The notes below the pieces were generated by a model. It ran no database searches. It had not been told where the DNA came from and saw only the letters and a list, made by a program, of their open reading frames with translations. A program made the position numbers and the translations under genes. Below, piece by piece: positions 51,367-61,540 of a stretch of 64,000 nucleotides of DNA (position 1 is its first letter; the number at the start of each line of letters is the position of its first letter). The stretch is from positions 56,305-120,304 of the forward strand of contig JBIKWJ010000001.1 in the NCBI GenBank assembly GCA_044356325.1. The letters are read 5' to 3'. This DNA is from Minisyncoccia bacterium. GTDB lineage: Bacteria > Patescibacteriota > Minisyncoccia > SW-4-49-11.

Positions 51367-52466
51367 ATATAACTTTTACCTTTACGCTCAATATCCAATG
51401 GTATTAATAACTCTTTGAGAGAATCTATATCCTCTAATACCATACCAGTACCCCTTACTACTACAGTGAGTGGGTCTGAGGCAATCAAAGTTGGTACTCG
51501 AGTAATATTAGTAATCAAAATATCTAATCCTTTGAGTAATGCCCCCCCTCCAGCGAGAATAATTCCTCTTTCCATAATATCTCCGATAAGTTCCGGAGGT
51601 GTTTCTTCAATAGAGGTTTTGACGGTATTTGCAATTTGCATAATAGAATTTGCCATAGCTTTTCTAATATCAGTATCATTAACAATAATTTCTTTTGGAA
51701 GTCCAGATATAATATCTCTTCCTTTAATTCCCATTTCGAGGGGCTCACTAAGAGTATAGGCAGATCCAATATTCATTTTGACATTCTCAGCTGTACGCTC
51801 TCCAATAGCCAATTTATAATGTGTTCGAATATACCGAATAATATCACTATTCAATTTATCTCCCGCCACTCTCAAACTTTTGGATATAACCACGCCCCCA
51901 AGAGACATAACAGCAATTTCGGTAGTACCTCCTCCAATATCTACAATAATACTTCCTGTAGCTTCTTGAATAGGAAGACGAGCCCCAATAGCAGCCGCAA
52001 TTGGCTCTTCAATCAAATATACTTCTCGTACTCCTGCATTACGGGTCGCATCATATACCGCTCGCTTTTCCACTTCAGTAACCCCTGATGGAATACCCAC
52101 TACCACTCGAGTTTTCCACTGATGAAAAAACCCCCTCTGTGTAACTTTATTAATAAAGTATTTCAGCATTTGCTCTGTTACTTCAAAGTCTGATACCACT
52201 CCATTAACGAGTGGGCGTGTAGCTACGATATGAGCTGGGGTTCTCCCCACCATAGTCTTGGCATCTTGTCCAATAGCAAGCACTTGCCCACTTTTTTGAT
52301 TAATAGCCACAACTGATGGTTCATTGATGACAATACCTCGATTTTTGACATAAACCAAGGTATTAGCTGTCCCCAAGTCAATACCAATATCTTGTCCAAA
52401 TGAGCTCCATATACCCGACAATACTTTCAATTGAGATTTTGATTCAGTCTTTCTCTTCATATACAT
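51363..52466 (-). CDS. mreB: Rod shape-determining protein MreB
   Basis: GIDLGTANT, VDIGGGTTE and LAGGGALL motifs. Confidence 0.97.
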   Translation of the reverse strand: MYMKRKTESKSQLKVLSGIWSSFGQDIGIDLGTANTLVYVKNRGIVINEPSVVAINQKSGQVLAIGQDAKTMVGRTPAHIVATRPLVNGVVSDFEVTEQMLKYFINKVTQRGFFHQWKTRVVVGIPSGVTEVEKRAVYDATRNAGVREVYLIEEPIAAAIGARLPIQEATGSIIVDIGGGTTEIAVMSLGGVVISKSLRVAGDKLNSDIIRYIRTHYKLAIGERTAENVKMNIGSAYTLSEPLEMGIKGRDIISGLPKEIIVNDTDIRKAMANSIMQIANTVKTSIEETPPELIGDIMERGIILAGGGALLKGLDILITNITRVPTLIASDPLTVVVRGTGMVLEDIDSLKELLIPLDIERKGKSYI

Positions 52467-52594
52467 TATATTGTATATGATATTGAGTATTATGTAAACC
52501 TATATATTTTATACTATGGGAAACACTATATTTTGTTCTTATTTATATTATAATTAAAGTTCTAATATATTGATTTTATGATGAAACAGAGTTT

Positions 52595-53012
52595 GAATAA
52601 GATGAGATACATCGTAGACAAAATGAGATTTGTGTAGGGGTGACCTTACAGTCGCCCGCAAGTCCTCCTCCGTCCCCTCCTATACTTTAGTTTGGGAGGG
52701 GACACCTCCCCCAAGGGAGGACAATAAAACTGTCCCTCGCTGGGCGAGGGTGTCGACGAAGTCGACGGGTGTGGACTGAGCTAATTCCCCTCATTGAGGG
52801 GTGTATCATTAAAAGGCCTATATTCTAAAATATAAATTTATTTTGAACCTATCCACCCTCCCCCTACGGGTACTCCCTCCTAAGGGAGACAAAAGCTCAA
52901 GCTCAAATATATCACAGGCGACTGATAGGGTGCCCCTACATAAGAACAATAGTGGAGGGATAAACCCTCCGCTACGAAAGTATAATTTGTCTACGATCTC
53001 CTCATCTTATAC
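52595..53012. repeat. MITE-like composite element D (opposite orientation to C and E)
   Basis: Ends GAATAAGATGAGATACATCGTAGACA and TGTCTACGATCTCCTCATCTTATAC; internal GTAG REP-like hairpins and double-hairpin units. Confidence 0.85.
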
Positions 53013-53086
53013 AGAGTTTTGACAAATAAAAAAAGCCCCACACGAATGCAGGGTTCAAAGAGCTTTAGCTGTGAATAGCAGGCAGC

Positions 53087-53488
53087 TTATGGAGTTTGTG
53101 GGAAATATCTATACTCATATCTTAGGTCAACTACATATACTGCATAATACTGATTCACTTTTGAATCAGAAATTTGCAGAATTCTAGCTAAATTAGAAGG
53201 TTCCTTGAGTTCTGCGGATATTGTACTAGAACCCGCCTTAAGATAGTGTACCCACACATAACAAACTTGTTCTCCGCAAAACTTTCTTAGCTCTGTTATA
53301 GTCATAGGCTTAGTATATGCCCATCCCTCAGGTGGTTCAAGATATCCTTCTTCCCATCCCTGAACAAAGAAGCTATCTTCCTGGGATGGTAAGAACGTAG
53401 GTTCTTGAAAGAGAAGGCTACATCCACCCAAGAGAAGTAGGCCAGCTACTAAGGCAGCCCGAACAAGACTAGAAAGTGAAGTTCTCAA
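53087..53488 (-). CDS. Putative lipoprotein
   Basis: LLLLGGC lipobox-like signal; GAGG Shine-Dalgarno before a TTG start. Confidence 0.6.
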   Translation of the reverse strand: MRTSLSSLVRAALVAGLLLLGGCSLLFQEPTFLPSQEDSFFVQGWEEGYLEPPEGWAYTKPMTITELRKFCGEQVCYVWVHYLKAGSSTISAELKEPSNLARILQISDSKVNQYYAVYVVDLRYEYRYFPQTP

Positions 53489-53571
53489 AGGACTACCTCT
53501 GAAGTTTACAAAAAAACTATATCATATTTTTACAACTTTACCAAGCTTAAATAGCAAATATTTTATATGTT

Positions 53572-55830
53572 TTAGTGAATAGCCTCTCTATATCTCATTA
53601 TCCCAAGATATCCCCACCAAATAATATTTAAGATTATAGCAATACTAAACCATATATTTTCGCGGGACCACTCAGCAAGGATTTTATACCACTCAGTTCT
53701 CTCAACTCCCTCAATAAGCTGCGCTTCTCCTTTTAGTTTAAAACTATTTAAGTCCTGATATTCGGATTTTGTTGTATTATTATTCTCAATATTTGAAGCT
53801 ATACTTATATCCTTTTTGATATCTGATACTTTGGCTATTTTGACAGCTGGTATTACGCGAATTTGTGAGCTATTCCATGGAATAACACGTATTTCTCCAT
53901 CATATATTTCAGTAAATCCTGTAATCGCAATAGTATCCCCTTTTTTCATCTTGGGCTTAATTATGGTATCAGAATATAATTTAATAGGAGCTGTATATTT
54001 ATTATTAGATAGCACTAATTTAGTTTTAGTATTCGTATCCAATATCCCATTTACTTTGACTAGTTTACCCCAATCATCAGTATTCATAGTTTTGATATTT
54101 TCTGGCTTTATAGTAATTTTTTGAGTATCTATAATACTAATATCCTCTCTGGATACGGTTTTCAGATATTGTTGCGTATCAGTATTATGCCATTCTGATT
54201 TTATTCTCACGATATCCCCTTCTTTCAGACTTGGAAAACGCTTTTGTCTATCATATATTTTGATAATTCTATTATTATTCTGTATATAAAAACTGCTATC
54301 ATTAAGCGTGCTCGGTGGAATAATAATTTGCCCCTGTAATTCTAATAATTCTCCATCTTCAATTGATATGATATCCTCAATACTATCAATAAATCGATAA
54401 TTTTTACTTATGTCATCCATTGCTTCAGTAAATATATTGGGGGCACTCGGAGTAAGGGTATTAGTCCAACCCCAATTTTGTAATAGCGGTATATATGATA
54501 AACCTTTTTTCGCCTTGGTATAGGAGGTTGTAGATTGGATTTGATTATAATTATCGATTAGAGTAATAGTCTCACCTGTATTATTGAGAGATATTTTAGT
54601 CTCATCTTGATTCCAGACTCTATATCCTTTGGCAGGGATAATACCTGACAATATATAGCTTTTCGCTAAATCAGATAATTTCCAATCCGTTATATCTATG
54701 TCCTTATCTGTGGTATTATTAAGCTCAATAAATTCAACTCCCTCTAAGGGATAGGGATAAATTTCTGATAGAATAATGCTCCCTATACTATACTTGGGTA
54801 ATGAAGGCTTAATTGGTGTAGGTGCGGGTATTACTATGGGTGTGGGAGTTGGTGGAATAATAATTGGAGCAATATTAGGCGCATTAGGTGAGGGAATAGT
54901 ATTCCAAATCCAATTATTGTCAATTAACATATAACTTGAGCCTTTTTGAGAATCTTTCATACTATAATCTACTTGTGACTGTATAGTATTATTGGGGTCA
55001 GATAAAATAACTGAATCACTATCATTATTAAGAATAATACTAAGCCCATTCCCATCTTCTAATAACAGAAACCCTTTAGCTGGAATAATTCCTGATAATG
55101 TCTGTATTGCTGATCCACTATTTGGGATATCATCTAATTTCCACCCACTAATATCTATATCTTTATCGGTGATATTAGTGAGTTCTACAAATTCATTTTT
55201 CCCCTCAGCAGGATTTGGGTAAATTTCAGATATAATCACACCCCCATATACAATGGGAGGAGATGGAGGTGTTACGGGAATGATATTAAGAGGAGATAAA
55301 GGTTTTATTTCCCAAGAAAAATTACTAACTTTATGCAGAGACTCTCCCTGGTTTGTTGTCGCTGGCCATTTCCCAGAAAAATTGACCGAGTCTATGGTAA
55401 TACCCTTATCATTACGAAGCTCTATATAAGCTCCCGCCGTATTACTAAGAGATCCAAAATTAGTACTTGTTACATTAATAACTTTGTTGAGTGGCGTGAG
55501 GCTAGTTTGGGTAGTTACAATTTTGCGAATCACAATATAATCTGAGATATTACCAGTAAGGGGAATAATTTTATCACCCGCTCCAGATACTATTCTCAGA
55601 GACCAGCCTGTTAATGTGATTGGAGTATTACTAGTATTCTTGAGCTCAATAAACTCATCATTAGGGTCAGTCACAGTATCATCAGACCATATGGTATAAC
55701 CGGTATAATTAATTTCATTAATTTCCACCTCCTGAAAAGCAAAAGAAACTTGGGGGGAGAACAAAAATAGCCCCAATAAAAGGGCTATTTGATTAATTCT
55801 GAGGAGATTTGTTTGTATTGTCCGGGTCAT
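53572..55830 (-). CDS. Surface protein with 3 lamin-tail-like domains, OB-fold-like region and C-terminal anchor
   Basis: Repeated I(N/S)EIY...EF(I/V)EL.N....IDI.GW motifs and Pro-rich linkers; start uncertain. Confidence 0.82.
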   Translation of the reverse strand: MTRTIQTNLLRINQIALLLGLFLFSPQVSFAFQEVEINEINYTGYTIWSDDTVTDPNDEFIELKNTSNTPITLTGWSLRIVSGAGDKIIPLTGNISDYIVIRKIVTTQTSLTPLNKVINVTSTNFGSLSNTAGAYIELRNDKGITIDSVNFSGKWPATTNQGESLHKVSNFSWEIKPLSPLNIIPVTPPSPPIVYGGVIISEIYPNPAEGKNEFVELTNITDKDIDISGWKLDDIPNSGSAIQTLSGIIPAKGFLLLEDGNGLSIILNNDSDSVILSDPNNTIQSQVDYSMKDSQKGSSYMLIDNNWIWNTIPSPNAPNIAPIIIPPTPTPIVIPAPTPIKPSLPKYSIGSIILSEIYPYPLEGVEFIELNNTTDKDIDITDWKLSDLAKSYILSGIIPAKGYRVWNQDETKISLNNTGETITLIDNYNQIQSTTSYTKAKKGLSYIPLLQNWGWTNTLTPSAPNIFTEAMDDISKNYRFIDSIEDIISIEDGELLELQGQIIIPPSTLNDSSFYIQNNNRIIKIYDRQKRFPSLKEGDIVRIKSEWHNTDTQQYLKTVSREDISIIDTQKITIKPENIKTMNTDDWGKLVKVNGILDTNTKTKLVLSNNKYTAPIKLYSDTIIKPKMKKGDTIAITGFTEIYDGEIRVIPWNSSQIRVIPAVKIAKVSDIKKDISIASNIENNNTTKSEYQDLNSFKLKGEAQLIEGVERTEWYKILAEWSRENIWFSIAIILNIIWWGYLGIMRYREAIH

Positions 55831-56431
55831 TACTATCTTTGTTTGGATCTTGTTTATTGGGATCATAAGTATATGCATTATGTAATTCTACAGTTCTATT
55901 AGCTTCTGCAAATTTGAGAATAATGTCTTTGGCCTTATATGGGTACGGCACATCATCAAAGAATAAAATTTTCTGATCCGCGCCTGCAGTTTGTACCCGC
56001 ACATCACCAAAATTCAAAATACTTGCAAAAAATCCATTTACAATAACTTCTATATCTTGTACATTACCAATATCCGCCTCGGATAGCTTACGATGAAAAA
56101 AATCAATTTGATCAATAGTAAGAACTCTTTGATTCGTCACAATATAAGCATCCAGATAATAATGTGTCCAGGTCAAAAATGCGGTATAAAAGATAAATAG
56201 AATAATAAGCATAATTACAAAATCAAATACAGTAGCTAAAAATGGCTCTTGTAATACTGGGATAGTATTAGGTAAGTATATAGATAATACAAATGTTACC
56301 AATAATAATATAGCACTGAATATATAAGGAGCAATAAGCAAAAATATAGATCTTCTAAAGACAATTTTTACAATTTCCCCTTGATGCTGACCTTTGAAAT
56401 GAAGATTTTTCCCCGTAACTCTATCAAACAT
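55793..56431 (-). CDS. Bacterial PH-domain membrane protein
   Basis: YIVTNQRV and ILNFGDVRVQTAG motifs. Confidence 0.8.
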   Translation of the reverse strand: MFDRVTGKNLHFKGQHQGEIVKIVFRRSIFLLIAPYIFSAILLLVTFVLSIYLPNTIPVLQEPFLATVFDFVIMLIILFIFYTAFLTWTHYYLDAYIVTNQRVLTIDQIDFFHRKLSEADIGNVQDIEVIVNGFFASILNFGDVRVQTAGADQKILFFDDVPYPYKAKDIILKFAEANRTVELHNAYTYDPNKQDPNKDSNDPDNTNKSPQN

Positions 56432-56435
56432 ATAC

Positions 56436-56639
56436 TTAATTTATATTAATAATGGCTTGAAGATTTCCATATAATAGCCCTAATAGTATAATACTTCCTA
56501 TACTATAAGCTATGGTTGTAATAATAGCAGTTCTCGTATTGAGTCCAAAAGCAAAAATATGATATAACATCACAATACTCCCTATAATATAAGCTATTAA
56601 TATGGCAAGATAAGCTAGGATAAATAATTGTGCTGACAT
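56436..56639 (-). CDS. Small 2-TM protein
   Basis: 67-aa hydrophobic ORF inside an operon. Confidence 0.65.
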   Translation of the reverse strand: MSAQLFILAYLAILIAYIIGSIVMLYHIFAFGLNTRTAIITTIAYSIGSIILLGLLYGNLQAIININ

Positions 56640-56643
56640 ATAA

Positions 56644-57651
56644 TTATGTTAAAGTTTGAGTTGTGGGAGGGATTTTACCAAAATATTCATAACAAAGTTT
56701 CGTCACCATACGACCTTTTGGAGTTCTTTGTAATAATCCCTGTCTCATAAGGAATGGCTCATAAATCTCCTCTATGGTCACAGTCTCCTCAGCGGTTGAA
56801 GCCGCCAAAGTCGAGAGCCCCACTGGTCCCCCATTAAATATATTCATAATAGTCTCTAAGATTTTACGGTCTCCTGACTCTAGCCCTTGCGCATCCACAT
56901 CTAAGAGCTCAAAAGTCTCATCTATCACTGACCTATTGATAATTCCATTATTATGTACTTCTGCATAATCTCTCACTCGTTTGAGGAGGCGATTTGCGAC
57001 ACGCGGAGTATGACGACTTCTAATTGCAATATGGCGATATACTTCTGGTGAATCTGCTTTTACAGATAGAATATTACTAGAACGCTTTAAGATATCAATA
57101 ATATGATCTTGCGTATAAAAATCAAAACTATAAATATTACCAAAACGACTACGGAATGGTCCCGATAGAGACCCAAATTTGGTTGTGGCACCAATCAGAG
57201 TAAATTTCGGCAAATCTAGTCTTAGAGTTCGAGCAGAAGGTCCCTTACCGACAATAATATCCAAGACAAAATCCTCCATAGCCGAATATAATATTTCCTC
57301 TAATGTCTTAGACAAACGATGAATTTCATCAATAAACAGAATATCTCCCGCCTCTATATTGGTAAGAATTGAGGCTAAGTCCCCAGCCTTCTCGAGAGCA
57401 GGCCCAGAGGTAACTTTTAAATTAGACCCCAGATACTTGGAAATAAGATAAGCCAAACTCGTCTTACCAAGTCCAGGAGGACCATAGAATAAAAGATGAT
57501 CCAAGGGCTCTCCTCGCTTCTGAGCTGCCTGAATAGAAATGGAAAGGTTTTTTTTAATTTGATCTTGCCCAATATACTCTTCAAAAGTCTGTGGTCGCAA
57601 ACTCTGATCTATACTACTATCTTCCTGTATTTCTTTTGATGATGTAATCAT
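56644..57651 (-). CDS. ruvB: Holliday junction helicase RuvB
   Basis: LRPQTFEEYIGQ, GPPGLGKT, FIDEIHR and RTPKGR motifs. Confidence 0.98.
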   Translation of the reverse strand: MITSSKEIQEDSSIDQSLRPQTFEEYIGQDQIKKNLSISIQAAQKRGEPLDHLLFYGPPGLGKTSLAYLISKYLGSNLKVTSGPALEKAGDLASILTNIEAGDILFIDEIHRLSKTLEEILYSAMEDFVLDIIVGKGPSARTLRLDLPKFTLIGATTKFGSLSGPFRSRFGNIYSFDFYTQDHIIDILKRSSNILSVKADSPEVYRHIAIRSRHTPRVANRLLKRVRDYAEVHNNGIINRSVIDETFELLDVDAQGLESGDRKILETIMNIFNGGPVGLSTLAASTAEETVTIEEIYEPFLMRQGLLQRTPKGRMVTKLCYEYFGKIPPTTQTLT

Positions 57652-57709
57652 AGATTACGATACTTATATACTATTATTATAGTATATTTTTAGAGTTTTG
57701 TATAGATCT

Positions 57710-58002
57710 GTATGAGATGAGGAGATGGTAGACACAACAGATTACTATACATTACTAGCCTAGGGTCCCTAGCTTGTCACAAAAATTGTCCTCCTTTGCC
57801 TGCCTGCGGTAGGCAGGGAGGAGGTGGCCGTCAGGCCGAAGGTGGATAGAGTTCAAGTCTTTATCTTATCCACCCCTGCCTTTCAGGCTTCCCCCTCCTA
57901 AGGGGGACAAAAGTAATAATTCTTTTGTTACGACAATATATGCAACTGTAAGGTCACCCCTACACAAATCTAATCTTGTCTACGATGTATCTCATCTTAT
58001 TC
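57710..58002. repeat. MITE-like composite element E
   Basis: Near-copy of 42126-42416. Confidence 0.85.
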
Positions 58003-58006
58003 ATAT

Positions 58007-58834
58007 CTATTCTTTTAATTGTATCTCGTATATTTGTGGCCAGAGTTTACCAGTTATGAATACGGTATTGGTACTGGCTTTATAGGCGATACCATTTAAC
58101 TGAGCTATATTGGGGTCTTTCTCTCGTATTTGTGAGACGATATCGGACAAATCTAACACCCCTATTATTTCACCATTATCAGGATTAATTTTGACAATTT
58201 GATTAGTCTGACAAATATTGGCGTAGATAAATCCTTTGATATACTCAAGCTCATTGAGAGAATACTGAGCTATATCTCCTCTTTTTACTTCGAGAGTTTT
58301 CACTACTTGGAAATTCTCGGGGCTTAAATAGGTCAATTTATTAGTCCCATCGCTCATAATGAGATTAATCCCATCATTCGTCAATCCCCAACCTTCAGCA
58401 CTGGAGTAAGTAAAAGTATTGATCTCTTTAAATGTCTTCGTATCATAGACAAATCCTTTTTGATTCTTATAGGTGAGCTGATATATTTTATTATTGAGTA
58501 TAGTACTTCCCTCTCCAAAATAGATGTTACGGTCAAGTTCAGCTTTGATATCGATATTACCTGTCTGTAAATCTAATGGACCTAATACGGATTGCGTTTG
58601 AGGCAAATAATCTGGAGAGCCAGTACTTTCATACAGAGTGTCTCCATCAAAAAATAATCCCTGAGTATATGAGTTAATATTATGAGAATATTGCTTAATT
58701 ATAGTATAAGATAATGTCTTTCTTGTAGGTATTTGATACTCTAAATATCCTCTATAGCTAATAATACCCCAAAGTGTACAAATAAAAAATATAGCAAGAA
58801 GAATAGCTATTCTTTTGCGATACCAATATGTCAT
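58007..58834 (-). CDS. Glutaminyl-peptide cyclotransferase (beta-propeller type)
   Basis: YTQGL, YESTG, FGEG, EGWGLT, LNELE, LNGIA and TGKLW motifs. Confidence 0.92.
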   Translation of the reverse strand: MTYWYRKRIAILLAIFFICTLWGIISYRGYLEYQIPTRKTLSYTIIKQYSHNINSYTQGLFFDGDTLYESTGSPDYLPQTQSVLGPLDLQTGNIDIKAELDRNIYFGEGSTILNNKIYQLTYKNQKGFVYDTKTFKEINTFTYSSAEGWGLTNDGINLIMSDGTNKLTYLSPENFQVVKTLEVKRGDIAQYSLNELEYIKGFIYANICQTNQIVKINPDNGEIIGVLDLSDIVSQIREKDPNIAQLNGIAYKASTNTVFITGKLWPQIYEIQLKE

Positions 58835-58838
58835 ATTC

Positions 58839-59387
58839 TTATTTCTTATCTAATTTCTTGAGAATAGTTTGTAATAATTCTAATTGTTGAGTCTGAATAG
58901 TGTAGAGACTCTTAATTTGCTCATCAAATAATAAATCAATTTTTTGGTGAAGTCCCCTCACCTCAATTTCTGCTTTGAGATTAACAAGATAATCATTTTC
59001 TGCTCTTTTCCTATCTTTTTCTTCTTTACGATTTTGACTCATCATAATAATTGGAGCTTGCAGAGCTGCAATACAAGACAATACCAGATTCATCAGGATA
59101 AATGGATAAGGGTCAAATCTGAATACTCCCGTCATCACAATATTAAATATAATCCAAATAGCAAGAAGAGTGAGAAAACTCATAATAAATTTCCAACTAC
59201 CTCCAAATTGAGCTACTTTATCAGATAAAGATTGCCCACGGGTAAGTGTCTCCATAGGTGGATGGAGAAGATGTTTAAGAATAAGCCTCTCTTCTTTAAT
59301 ACTATCTTCTACAATAGTATTAAGATCTTGTAAATATTTTTTTTGCTCTTCTACAATTGCATTGATTTGTTTTTGATCTGGGCTCAT
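58839..59387 (-). CDS. DUF1003 membrane protein
   Basis: FGGSW and FDPYPFILMNLVLSCIAALQAPIIMMSQNR motifs. Confidence 0.92.
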   Translation of the reverse strand: MSPDQKQINAIVEEQKKYLQDLNTIVEDSIKEERLILKHLLHPPMETLTRGQSLSDKVAQFGGSWKFIMSFLTLLAIWIIFNIVMTGVFRFDPYPFILMNLVLSCIAALQAPIIMMSQNRKEEKDRKRAENDYLVNLKAEIEVRGLHQKIDLLFDEQIKSLYTIQTQQLELLQTILKKLDKK

Positions 59388-59402
59388 ATAATTTGTTATT
59401 AG

Positions 59403-59775
59403 TTGGCTTTATCATTCTCTAAATGCTTTGTTCGAATGCAGGGACTCGGTCACAAGTAATTTACCTGACGGTAAATTCTCGCTACCCCGTCTCGCCGTGT
59501 TCGCCTTGCGCATAGCACAAACTCACACATGGCTCCGACTTTCTCGCCCTGACTAAAGCCAATAAATTGGCTTTATCATTCTCTCGCTTCGCTGTTCGAA
59601 TGCAGGGACTCGGTCACAAGTAATTTACCTGACGGTAAATTCTCGCTACCCCGTCTCGCCGTGTTCGCCTTGCGCATAGCACAAACTCACACATGGCTCC
59701 GACTTTCTCGCCCTGACTAAAGCCAATAAATTGGCTTTATCATTCTCTCGCTTCGCTGTTCGAATGCAGGGACTC
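59403..59775 (-). repeat. Two identical 164-bp tandem units, each containing the tRNA-Gln 3' end
   Basis: GTTCGAATGCAGGGACTC at 59430, 59594 and 59758. Confidence 0.9.
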
Positions 59776-59829
59776 GAACCCCAATTGCTGGTGCCAGAAA
59801 CCAGTGTCCTACCGTTAGACGACATTCGA
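59759..59829 (-). tRNA. tRNA-Gln(CTG)
   Basis: TCGAATG/CATTCGA acceptor, anticodon arm CTGGT-TTCTGGC-ACCAG, TTCGAGT T loop. Confidence 0.9.
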
Positions 59830-59882
59830 TTTACAACTGTTAGTATACCTTATTTAGGCATAGTATTCAAGAATACTAAATA

Positions 59883-60701
59883 CTATTGAGCTTTTTTACT
59901 CGTTTTTGTTTTGGACTTAGTCTGAGATTTTTTGGGTTTTATTAATGTTTGCCCAATGGTAAGAGTATAGGGAGCATCTATATCATTTGATTTAGCAAGT
60001 TCTTTCCAACTTATATCAAAAAATTCAGCTATTGTTTCTATAGTATCTCCAACCTGCACAATATAATCATTTTCCGTACTTTCTTGATCTGGAATATGTA
60101 ATATTTGTCCCTCTATGAGACTATAGGGAGCAGTTATATTATTAACTTTAGCAAGAGTTTTCCAATCCAATCCGAATTGCTTTGCAATGCTATCAATAGT
60201 ATCCCCTATTGATACTATGTGTTCAGACTTAGATATAATATGAGTACTATTATCTAAATTCAGATGTAAATCAAGGGCAATAGATTCAATAGATGATTCT
60301 GAAATAGTAGTTACTGATATTTCATTTGACTGTGTCTGATCTATTAATTTTGTAGAATTTTGTGTATGAGTCAATGGAGCTGGAATAATAGTAATTCTTG
60401 GCTCTACTAGTGAATCCGGATGAGCAAGATGTCCTGGGAATACTTTTATTTTTTGCCCAGATTCCACTGAATATGGAGCTTTTATTTTATTCACTCGAGC
60501 CATAATTTTCCATGGAAGCCCTAATTTCTCAGATATACTTTCTAAATCCTCATCCTCACCTACAATATATTCCTCAGTCCATAGACGACGATATCTATAT
60601 CTCAATAATACTCGTAAAAATACAAATAACCCGAAAACAATCAAAAGGGCAATAAGAATGACTAGCTGTATATTGGTATCTATATCTGTATAATATATCA
60701 T
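59883..60701 (-). CDS. Membrane-anchored protein with 3 LysM domains
   Basis: Three (Y/H)IV..G.T...IA...W..LA..N.I.APY repeats. Confidence 0.88.
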   Translation of the reverse strand: MIYYTDIDTNIQLVILIALLIVFGLFVFLRVLLRYRYRRLWTEEYIVGEDEDLESISEKLGLPWKIMARVNKIKAPYSVESGQKIKVFPGHLAHPDSLVEPRITIIPAPLTHTQNSTKLIDQTQSNEISVTTISESSIESIALDLHLNLDNSTHIISKSEHIVSIGDTIDSIAKQFGLDWKTLAKVNNITAPYSLIEGQILHIPDQESTENDYIVQVGDTIETIAEFFDISWKELAKSNDIDAPYTLTIGQTLIKPKKSQTKSKTKTSKKAQ

Positions 60702-60790
60702 ATGTTATTTTTATTCATTATATCATATTTCAACCTACTCTATATAAGTTATCCACAATTATACTGTTTATTGGTTCAAAAATTTTTTAT

Positions 60791-61405
60791 CTATACTTCT
60801 CTTTGAATATAATCATAGACTACACTTGCTAATTCCTCTGGATTATGAACAATAGCCATTGGAGATTGGCTCTCTAGCCACTCTTTATCATGAAATCCCC
60901 AAGAAACTGCAATGGAGGGTATTCCTTTATTAAAAGCCTCTATCAAATCTCCCACGGTATCAGTGATAAATAAACATTCCTCTGGCAGAATAGTATACTC
61001 ATCTAATATCATTTGGAATTTTTTTTCTTTTGAAAAATGGGTATTACAGCCTAGTATTTTATCAAAGCACCCATTATATCCTCCAAGCTCTAAAAAATGC
61101 ATAATATTTTCATCCGAATTACTAGAAATAATATGCAAGTCATATTGTTGACTCAAATTATGTATGATATCTTTTAATTCAAAAAAATGTCCTATATGAA
61201 ATTCTTCTTTTTGAATACGGAAAAACTCTAATTGCATTGATTTATCAAGAACTAAAGCACTACTTCCATCAAATACATTCCCTCTAAAATGATCTTGGAA
61301 TTGTTTCTCTGTAATAGAATCATTTAATCGTTGAAAAATACTCACTGTCATCTCATATGTATCCGCTATTACTCCATCAAAATCAAAAATTATTGCCTTC
61401 AACAT
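60791..61405 (-). CDS. HAD family phosphatase
   Basis: FDFDGVIADT and ITDTVGD motifs. Confidence 0.9.
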   Translation of the reverse strand: MLKAIIFDFDGVIADTYEMTVSIFQRLNDSITEKQFQDHFRGNVFDGSSALVLDKSMQLEFFRIQKEEFHIGHFFELKDIIHNLSQQYDLHIISSNSDENIMHFLELGGYNGCFDKILGCNTHFSKEKKFQMILDEYTILPEECLFITDTVGDLIEAFNKGIPSIAVSWGFHDKEWLESQSPMAIVHNPEELASVVYDYIQREV

Positions 61406-61457
61406 ATCATATTCTTAAAATATACGAGAATAGTATAGCATAGTTCTATTTAAAATT

Positions 61458-61535
61458 CACCTTCTCCCTATGGGTTACCTACCGCAGGCAGGTCGATAAA
61501 TTGAGTGGTGAACTGTGTAGTAGGATGAGGTGGAA
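61458..61535. repeat. Degenerate double-hairpin repeat with partial 19-bp palindrome
   Basis: CCTACCGCAGGCAGG at 61478-61492; ends GAGGTGGA. Confidence 0.5.
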
Positions 61536-61540
61536 AAACT

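Noticed and set aside
59403-59775. CRISPR array
   Set aside because: The sequences between repeats are identical and 146 bp long, the repeat is a tRNA 3' end, and there are no cas genes.
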